This document shows positions 53,370-64,000 of a stretch of 64,000 bases of DNA, in pieces. The notes beneath the pieces are model-generated. The model made no database searches, had not been told where the DNA came from, and saw only the letters and a program-made list of their open reading frames with translations. Origin of the DNA: the human T2T-CHM13v2.0 reference genome, Homo sapiens. Positions within the stretch are counted from its first letter, which is position 1. Each line of letters begins with the position of its first letter. The stretch lies in the NCBI RefSeq assembly GCF_009914755.1, contig NC_060946.1; one strand, written 5' to 3'. The translations under genes were made by a program, and so were the position numbers.

Positions 53370-53720
53370 TTTTCATCCATCCCTCTCAATGTGTGTAGAT
53401 GCTCATCTAACCACCAGCTCACTCCTTCACTCATCTGTCCATTACCCATCCCTCAGTCCATCCATCCATCCATCCATTCATCCATCCATTTGCCCATCTA
53501 CCTGCACATTCGTCCTTCCTTTTATTCACTCATCTACTCACCCATCCATCTACACAATCACCCATCAACCCATTCACCAATATACCTGCCCATCCATCCA
53601 TCCATCCATCCATCCATCCATCCATCCATCCATTCATCCATCCATATATTCCTCCATTCACCCATCTATCCCTCTGACCATCCATCCACCCATCTTTCTA
53701 TTTATTCATCTATTTGATTG
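53370..53720. repeat. (CCAT)n degenerate microsatellite
   Basis: ccatccatccatccatccattcatccatccat. Confidence 0.93.
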
Positions 53721-53729
53721 ATTGGTTTC

Positions 53730-53870
53730 TTCATTTTTCATTTATTCATTAAATCATCAAATATTTATTGAATAACTCCTAGGTACTAGGCACTGTGCTA
53801 GTCACCAGGGTTACAGAAATGAACAAGCCAAACACAGCCTCTGCCTTGAAGGATCTTGCAGACCAGTAGG
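53730..53870 (-). mobile_element. L2 3' end
   Basis: catcaaatatttattgaataactcctaggtactaggcactgtgctag..aaatgaacaagcc..ctctgccttgaagga. Confidence 0.85.
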
Positions 53871-54832
53871 GCTGTTGAATGAGCAAGCAAATTATTGTGA
53901 TCATTTGCCAGTCAATAAAGATTTATGTTATTCTGCTTTATTTTTCTCCGTAGCATTTATCATGCACTGCCAGGACACTGTATTTTACTGCTTATTTTTT
54001 GTCACCCCACATGCTAGCTCCATGAAGTCAGGAATTTTGTTCTGTGATTACTGTATCTTCCACTCTAGGTGAGTATCTGCTCAACACACAATTAATTAAT
54101 GACAAGATGAGTATATGGAGTAGACTGAAGCTGATGTGATCTTGGCCTTGCCAAGCTCATTGTGTCTTGGGAATTCAGATAATGATCAAATTATTAGAAA
54201 AATGATGTCAGTTTGGAGGAGACGAACAGTGCAATAAAAGTCCCCAATAGAGATTTTGAGTCAGTCTGAAAGTTTCGGGAAGGGGTCAGAGTTTTCCAGG
54301 TGAAGGGGTACCTGTATGTGTGCAGGTAGGGCACACATACAGGAAACAGGATAGATAAGGACTTTGAGATGCAAAAGAGCCTTTAAAATAATCAGATTCT
54401 ACCCATGTACATAGCACTTTCCAGTTGGTGAAACATTTTTCTTCTCTATGGTCCTTTTGTATGCAAAGCACATTTATGTGGCAAGACAACTGTTTTCTCT
54501 CTCTCATATTTCTGGATAGAGAAACTGAGGCCCCAGAAAAAAGTCCCATGGCAGAGTGAAGCCTCATGCCTTGACTGCAGTGCTGGATGGCCATGTGGCC
54601 CTGCTACTCATCATGGTGATCATTGGGCTGGAACATAGAATATGGTTACTTTACCTTCATATTGGGTGAGATAACTATCGAATGTATTGTAGGTTGGTGA
54701 GTGAGCTCTGCTTCCAGGTGAGGTGGTGGTGATGTGAACACTGACTCTGGGGCCAAGCGGATGGGTTCACATCCCAGCTCTACTAACTCCTCTCTTTCTT
54801 CTCAGGTACAATTAACTAAAAAGTGGAATGAA

Positions 54833-55220
<388 letters not shown>

Positions 55221-55878
55221 CTACTCTCTGCAGCCCCTGTACTATGATCTAGGGATGCACTGATAACGAAGACCAGATGTTATTATTGTTTATACACCAG
55301 TAGGCTGTCTAGGAAACCTCTCTTCCTGATGTTTCCCAAGGCAGATGTCACCACGTCCTTTCCATGAAGGAGCTACAATTGTTGCATAACTTTGCTCAAA
55401 TTTTTGGATCACCCTGGGGTTTGGTTTCCCCATATCTTTAGTTACTTCTCCAAGCCAGACATTCAAGATTACCTGACTCTGAGTGACCCCATGATGGCAT
55501 GGGACCTCATGGCTGACACACCTACCAATGCCCAGAGCCCTGGAGGAAGAGCAAGCCCACTTCTGATCACACAATGAAATTGGGGGCTTTCTGCAGAAGA
55601 CTTTAATCCTGCAGAGGCTGACAGTCCCAAAAACGAGCTGACAAGGAGCAATTTATTTGAGACTGTCCTCAAAAGAGAGAATAAGGCTAGTTTGTAGGAA
55701 ACGTGCCCAGACATCTGAAGGCACATTTCCAAGATGGTACTTCCTGCTGGAGGCCCTGGGTGATATGAGGCCACCTCTCTGGCCTGCTTTGAGGGTCCAC
55801 CTGGCACTGGGAAGTGAGGCACCAGGAACCCACCTCTCTTGCTTTTAGGCTAGTGCTGGAGTTGTGTGTTTGCTGTGA

Positions 55879-56298
<420 letters not shown>

Positions 56299-56359
56299 TA
56301 AGAAACCCAGGAGGAGAAAAAGAGGGCTTTCATGTGAATTACTCCCCCTCTTTGGAACA

Positions 56360-57375
<1,016 letters not shown>

Positions 57376-58186
57376 CCAGTTTTCAAGCTTTCATTTTTTA
57401 TCATGAACATAAGAACAATGCTGCCCTAATCATTTGCATCATTATGAAGGGGGCTAATGATCCAAGGCCTAGGTGAAATTGTGGATGTGGAAATGTTTTC
57501 ACAGGTTTCAATGACCCATGGTATGAAGGGGAGGTGCGGGCGGATTTTCTGAGAGCATAGTGATCCTGTGACCCCTATTTGCTGAGGAAGCTCTGAGTTC
57601 AAGAAAATGACTTCAGTCTAGCAGGGGAAAAAAGAGCCCAGCCTTTGGAGTTGAACTAACTTAGGTCAAATCTATTTTCTGCTTTCTTACCACCTATGTG
57701 CCCATGAGCAAGGGACTTTGGTTTTTCTCCTGTGTCAAATGGAATAATGGTGTCATTAGGGTATTTGGGGGGTTAGTGGGTGGAGCTTCATGAGGAGCCA
57801 TAAAACAATCTCAATACCCATCCAGTGTCAGTGTCCTTGTGTTGTCTTGATCCTCAAGATGACCCAACATTTGAGTCCATGGACATGGTCCTCGCATCTA
57901 TCTATAAGACCTTGAAGACCTCTCCCCACTCTAAAGTTCATGGAAATCATACTAATAAAGTGACTTTAAAAAACTCGAAGTCCAACCTAGATGTCCATAA
58001 AAGGAAGAAATGTGGTATGCCGCCTCAAAGTGGAAAAGGAATTCGGAAGTCAAGCACGCTTCTTTTAAATCTGTCTCCTCTCCAACCTGTCCCCTCCCCA
58101 ACCTGTCCCCTCCCAGTGGTGAAACCAACAACTCACTGTGCCCTGCAATATGAAAAGCTCATGATGGAAGGCAGTTGAGTCTATTG

Positions 58187-58421
58187 CAAGCTTGTCCAAC
58201 CCATGGCTTACAGGCCACATGTGGTCCAGGTCGGCTTTGAATGTGGCCCAGTACAAATTTGTAAACCTTCTTAAATAATTTTTATAGATTTTTTTGTAAT
58301 TTTTTTTTTTTTTTTTTTTTTTTTTGCTCATCAGCTATCGTTAGTGTATTTTTAGTGTGGCCCAAGATAATTATTATTCTTCCAATGCGGTTCAGGGAAG
58401 CCAAAAGATTGGACACCCCTG
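58187..58421 (-). mobile_element. MER30 (hAT-Charlie)
   Basis: caagcttgtccaacc..gctttgaatgtggccca..gctcatcagctatcgttagtg..cagggaagccaaaagattggacacccctg; 8-bp TSD gtctattg/gcctagtg. Confidence 0.92.
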
Positions 58422-58624
58422 GCCTAGTGATTAAGTAAGCACGGCTGCTCTGCCACTTCAGAGCTGTGTGACTGTAAGAGGTGGAATGGCACCCCTAAAA
58501 TATATGTGTCTCTGGAACCTCAGAATGGGGCGTTATTTGGAATAGAGCATTTGCAGATGTAATTAAGGTAAGAATCTCCCGATGATATTATCCTGGATTA
58601 AAATGAGCCCTAAACCTAAATTTA

Positions 58625-59198
58625 TGTTGGGGCTCAGAAGGCCACACCCCGAAGACTGGCGCTTTGACACGCAGAGAATCAAACTCAGAATCGAACTCCC
58701 TCCCACATTTTTTTTTCTCTCCTACCCCAAGCCCAGGAAGGGACTCTCTCTGGAATTTCCTTATCTGTCTGAAAAAGCTTCTTTCCAAAAGAAACACAAT
58801 TGCCTTCCTCCCCTTTCTGAAATCTCATTATCTATCTTAGAAAAGAAGACCAAGGAGTGCAATCATACCTGGAGGGACTTTTTCACAAGATAATGTCTGT
58901 CTCTAGGGCTCATTCAAATTTACAAGTTAATTTCTGTCCCTTCCTTACCCCTAATAATCACTAGCTGACCCTCGAAAGTATTATAGACATTCCCTAACTC
59001 CCTCTGCCCCTATGGAACAGGGTACATAAGCTTCCCTACCTCATTAGGTTATTGGGGAATCATTGTCTTGTGATTCCCCTGTGTTTTGTGCATTAAAGTA
59101 AATTTTGTGTGCCTTTTCTTCTCTTCATCTGCCTTTTGTCAGTTAACTTTCAGGGAAGATTCAGAGGGCGAAGAGGAAGTTTTCTCTTTGCCCCTACA
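58625..59198 (+). mobile_element. ERV1 solo LTR (MER34/MER39 family)
   Basis: TG..CA ends: tgttggggctcagaagg..ggcgctttgac ... ttcagagggcgaagaggaagttttctctttgcccctaca; 4-bp TSD ttta/ctta. Confidence 0.85.
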
Positions 59199-59455
59199 CT
59201 TAGAAGAGAAAGGAAGAAGGGAAGACAGTGACCCAGAGGAGAATGTTATGTGAAGATGGAGCAGAGACTGGGGTCACCAGCCTACAAGCCAAGGACTGCT
59301 GCTGCCCCCAGAAGCTAGGAGAGAGACGTGGTACAGATTCTCTCTCAGAGTCTCCAGAAGGAACCAACTCTGCTAACTCCTTGATTTCCAACTTCTAGCC
59401 TTCAGAACCGTGACAGTGTAAATTTCTGCTGTTTTAAGCCTCCTAGTTTGTAGTA

Positions 59456-59522
59456 TTAGGTCGGTGCAAAAGCAGCTCTGGTTTTTGCCATTAAAACCAC
59501 AGTTGCTTTTGTGCCAACCTAA
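59456..59522. mobile_element. MADE1 (Hsmar1 MITE) with TA target duplication
   Basis: ttaggtcggtgcaaaag..gtttttgccatt..aaaacc..cttttgtgccaacctaa flanked by TA at 59454-59455 and 59523-59524. Confidence 0.92.
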
Positions 59523-59864
59523 TACTTTGCTATGGCGGCCCTAGGAAACGAATGCTGTGACCTCAGCCAACTTGGTTAGACTTTTCAACCTCCCTTTCTT
59601 CGTCTATAAAGTGGGCATCTTGTAGACTTTATTCTTGAGAGGCATTGAAAAATTAAGAAAAATCCAGCCTGCAGACTATTGGGGATATTGCCTGGCACAT
59701 AGTTGGTGCTCAATAAATTGTAGTTATTATTAATTGTTGTTAATACTGATGAGTCTTCTCTTGAGCTTCTTCCAGCTTAAACCAAAACAGTTCCTTGCCC
59801 TCCCTTTAGCAAGAAAATAGCCTCCCTGGAAAAGGCAGGGAGTGGGGGTGGGGTGGGAGGGTAT

Positions 59865-60830
59865 GGAGTGCCCTTTAAGTTGGCCATGACAGTAAAGAGG
59901 ACACTGATCTCCCTCGTTGTCAATCCTAATGCCTTTGCCCCTACTTCCATTTCAGCAGCCACCATTACATACCTCTGTATCATTGACATTTCTCTAATAA
60001 TCTTTGACCCATTCATTCTCAGAAAGAGGAACAGTTTTATTTTTCAGGAACAATACTAGGGAGCAGTTTTAAAAATGCAGTGCTTGCTGATAAATGTTAA
60101 GGACTCATCTCCTGGCCTCTCTCTCCTTCTCTTTCTATCTCACTCTTGCCCTGTCTCTTTCTCTATCTTCCCCTCCTTGCCTCTCTCCTCCCTCTTTTCT
60201 TCCCCTTCCCTCTTTTTATTGGAAATGGCTATCCTTCAAAGATTTAACAGATTTGTAAAAATCATGCCTCCAAAAGGCTACCATTTAATAGGAGCACTCA
60301 GAGGACAGCGTGTGGGTGAGAAGCAGCACCATAAATTGAACATCACCAGCCCACGGTGCGCCAGCTCAGGGCGGGCCCAGAGTCATAACTTTCTCCTCTT
60401 CCCCTCCCTACCCTCCAATTCCATGGCCCTTGCCAACACCATTCTATTTTCAGGAAGGCTTCCTTGACCCGTGGGTCCTTCAGCCACAACAGAGGTGGTG
60501 CCGACTGGAATCCAGGCGTGAAATTATGAAAGAATGGGGCTGCTGCTGACTCCAGTTGTGCACTGGCCTCAGATGTGAAATTGCCATTTTTTTCTCCCCC
60601 CTCTCACTGGCCTGTCGCATGCGGGGCGGAAAAGATTGTATTTATCACCTGTCAGGATCTGCCAGAACTGAGTTACGTGAGGCAGGACAGCATAAAATTA
60701 TCATACACAAGCATGAAATTACAAAATCGCTCGGAACTGAACAACAAAATTATTTCATTTCGGAGGGAGGCCATTCCATTTTTTAGCCCTGACACCTTGA
60801 CTGCCAAACTTTGAATGGAAATTGAGTGTG
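59865..60830. promoter_or_regulatory. Candidate enhancer cluster
   Basis: About 1 kb repeat-free; tgacag, cattgac, ccataaat, ttcaaag, gggcggg/ggggcgg GC boxes, tcgcatgcg, cacctgtca, ttacgtga; many CpGs. Confidence 0.45.
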
Positions 60831-61084
60831 AGGGCCATGGAGTAGAGACAGCAATAACAAGAAGTAGCATGTAAACTAGCCATGCAGACACACAACATTA
60901 ATGGTCCTCGAAACCTCCCACCAGAGATATGTAACTAAATAAATGTCACATGTCCCAGTGACTCAACTTGCCTTCCACAACTAGAAATGACTTAGGCCAG
61001 TGTTAAAGCCTAGGTCCAATATCTAGGGGTTTCTGGGAGAAACTGGGTCTGGGTTGGTTCTCCTAATCCACAGAGCGATATCCC

Positions 61085-61310
61085 GATGAAATAGAAAGCT
61101 TGCAGGCTTTGGAGTCATGCATGCATAAGTTTGAATGCTGGCTCCAACATTAACGAGCTGTGTGACGTTGAGTGACTTTCTTAACCTGTCTGAGCCTCCA
61201 TTTCCTCATCTGTGAAAATGAAGACAATCATTTCTGTTTCTTCAAGTTGTTGTGAGGACAAAAACAGCTCAGATATGGAGTCTGACGTATAGTAGGTTTT
61301 CAATATGAAG
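61085..61310 (+). mobile_element. MIR SINE
   Basis: caggctttggagtca..gagctgtgtgacgttgag..cttaacctgtctgagcctccatttcctcatctgtgaaaatg..tagtaggttttcaata. Confidence 0.88.
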
Positions 61311-61464
61311 GTTGGGACAAGTGAATTACCTGCCCTCATTTTTCCCCCTTCAAAGTTTTTGTGCCATTTTTACACTCTGTGGTGAAAGCATTTATCCAAC
61401 AAACTTTTGCTAAGCATGGAAAAAAAAACTGTCACAGTTAATTTGTGTTTAGATATAAAACAGA

Positions 61465-61878
61465 GTTAGGTTGGATTATTGATTTTTGTTCCCAATGTTT
61501 CAAGCTTCCATGTACCTCTGCCCTTTGCCATGTGACTTTGAGGCCCTTCCTACTAGAGGTGGGGCTTATTTCCTCATCCAGTTGTTACTGGGCTTGGTCA
61601 TGTGACTTAATTTGACCAATGATCCCTGAGCAGACATAATGCAAAGGGAAGATTTAAATATACTGTGTGGTTTGCCTTGGCTTCTTGCAGTCCTGTTATT
61701 TGCATGAGAACAGCATGCCCCAGGTACATGCCGGTCTATGGAGGAAGAGAGAGAGGTGAAGCAGCCTAGAGTCAAATGCAGTCAATCTGTAGGGCTTCTG
61801 AGTAAGAAAAATAAATGCTTTTTGCCAGTAATTGAGATTTTTGGGATTATTTGTTACACAGCAAACACTGAGTAATAA
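61465..61878 (+). mobile_element. Old MaLR LTR (MLT1H/I-like)
   Basis: gccctttgccatgtgacttt..gggcttggtcatgtgacttaatttgaccaatg..gcatgagaacagcatgccccagg..aaataaatgctt..tttgttacacagca. Confidence 0.85.
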
Positions 61879-62059
61879 AATAGCTAGACTCAGGTGTTTA
61901 TAAACAAAGGTTTACCTTCATGAATGTTCTATAGAACATTTAAAATTTATGTGTGACTCAGGGTGATTCTTTAGTGAGTGCGAATTACAGTATGACTAGA
62001 GTCTCTGGCTTCTGCCACTTCAATATCAATGTTGACCTTTCAATATGGGAACTAGACAG

Positions 62060-63130
62060 TGAAGCTCTGCCTTACCAGACCACACATACTCTTCGTTATA
62101 CACATTATAACCTCCACTTCACTATTCTGAATTGAAAATCATACATTTCATCTACATATACATGTAATTTCAAAAAAGTTAATATAATGCCCTAACTGTA
62201 AGGGAGGAATAAAATGAAAGCAATTTATAATAAAATAATATCTATTTTAATATGTAAATTATCAAAAACCACTATATGCCAGGAAACATGATGAAGCGGT
62301 CTGATGCTTGTGTCTACTTATAATGAGTAAGTTGAAATTTCAGACAAATATTCAATTGAATATTGTCGACATTTTTTTCTCTATTTTTGACATTTTGAAA
62401 TAAGAGCTAAATTAGTATATTCATATATATGGGTAGTGTCACTGTGAATAGGACTGCAAAAGTCGACTGACACAGGTGTGCAGGCAGCAATTCACGTTCC
62501 ACGATCAACTTTGAGGTCGATGCCTGGATTTTCCAAAGTGAAAAACAACTCTTGTTGGGGTTTTGGATAAAACAAAGTATTCCCTTCCCCCAATTTACAC
62601 TGCAACTACATTCAAGGAAAATCCCATGTAAAGCAAATCTGTGCCAAAACATTTAGCTGTATGTAAGACGGATTTAAATTCTAGGCTCAGATAATTATTA
62701 AGGAGGAATTATATCTACATGAATGCCCAGAAGGGCACTCAAAATTCCTGAGGCACTTGGGGCCATTCTTCTTGCTGTGGGACTGTCTTGGGAATTGCAT
62801 GTCCTGCATTGCTGATGTAATTCTCCCCAATTACTAGGACGGATCTTCTCAAAGTTAGTACCATTGACATCTTGGATCAGATCAGATTAAGTCGTTATTG
62901 TAGGGGGTTTTCCTGTGCATTGTGGGATGTTTAGCAACCTCCCCGGTTTCTGTGATGCCAGAAACATCTCCCCCTTAAGTTATGACAATCAAAAATATCT
63001 CTAGATATTGCCAATGTCTCCTGAGGGTGCAAAATATCCACTTGTTGAGAACCACTGGGATAAGATAATAGAAAATGCTTCACATCCTACATTCCTAAAA
63101 TTCCCCTTAGGAGATGCTACTAACTCCATT
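62060..63130. mobile_element. Old hAT-Charlie-type DNA transposon (MER20B-like) hosting MER20
   Basis: AT-rich 1 kb with aaaaacaactcttg..aaaacaaagtattccc..tctaggctcagataatt..gtgggactgtcttgggaattgca; family assignment tentative. Confidence 0.45.
62840..63057 (-). mobile_element. MER20 (hAT-Charlie)
   Basis: tcctgtgcattgtgggatgtttagca..tgacaatcaaaaatatctctagatattgccaatgtc..gttgagaaccactg. Confidence 0.9.
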
Positions 63131-63369
63131 AAGATACACTTGTCCAGGAAGCCCTGGATTTTATTGTATTATTTCATTCCAATACCAGAAATTGAGCACT
63201 TATGTTGTGTCAGGTGTCATTGATGTAGCAAGGAATATGACGATCTTTTAACTCTTTGGGTTCAAAGACTATCCTTCTGCCTCCCCTCTGCTGTCCTTGC
63301 TCACAGTGGGAAGATGGCCCCCCAGGGAGTTGGGAGCTGGGACTGGATTGTGGAAAGCCTTGAATGTCA

Positions 63370-63711
<342 letters not shown>

Positions 63712-64000
63712 AAGAAACATCTGGTCCCCCAGTGGCCATGTCCACCAAAACAAGACCTTCTTCTGAGGTGATGGTGTCCCCTGTAGATCCCTTAAAAAGG
63801 AAAAAAATACAAGGGGAGAGTTAGGTTATTCCAAGATCAGATAGTAGAAGGGCGGGGGAAGAGGTGCAGAATTTAACTGCAGTCTGCGGCAGCTCCTTCT
63901 CATTTCCTTTCCCCTGCTGGGCTATGAGAGTTACTATCTTACAGAACTTTCTCAATCCCTTGCATGGCAAGGAGTATTATTCTCATTTTACAGATGATAA

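Larger units (their letters stand above)
58473..59556 (+). mobile_element. MaLR solo LTR (MLT1B-like), split twice, inside a MIR
   Basis: ggaacctcagaatg..ttatttggaatag..tttgcagatgtaattaag; gattctctctcagagtctccagaaggaaccaactctgc; perfect 5-bp TSD gtgac at 58468-58472 and 59557-59561. Confidence 0.92.

Overview
This is primate (very probably human) non-coding genomic DNA, not a microbial locus. It is CpG-depleted and carries 12 Alu SINEs (J, S and Y types), many MIR and L2 fossils, old L1M 3' ends, MaLR/ERVL/ERV1 solo LTRs, hAT and Tc1-mariner MITEs, and several large degenerate microsatellites. I can support no protein-coding exon, RNA gene or pseudogene; the ORF track is explained by Alu, simple repeats and chance. 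Between the repeats lie about a dozen repeat-free islands rich in homeodomain, FOX, SOX, TCF, POU and PBX-HOX motifs, with locally retained CpGs. That pattern suggests a gene desert or large intron holding distal enhancers of a developmental regulator; this is inference, and I cannot name the locus. I did not find a new multi-gene biological system. The observations most worth checking are: (1) local templated-insertion and fold-back scars, including an exact 38-bp copy made 1.16 kb from its LTR16 donor that ends in a 22-bp palindrome, plus several perfect 10-15 bp inverted repeats; (2) a MADE1 hairpin shaped like a miR-548 precursor; (3) two deep transposon nests with intact target-site duplications; (4) (CCAT)n and (GAT)n arrays that all adjoin L2/MIR 3' tails; (5) the candidate enhancer cluster. 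Repeat family names come from my recollection of consensus sequences, and boundaries of old repeats are approximate (tens of bp).
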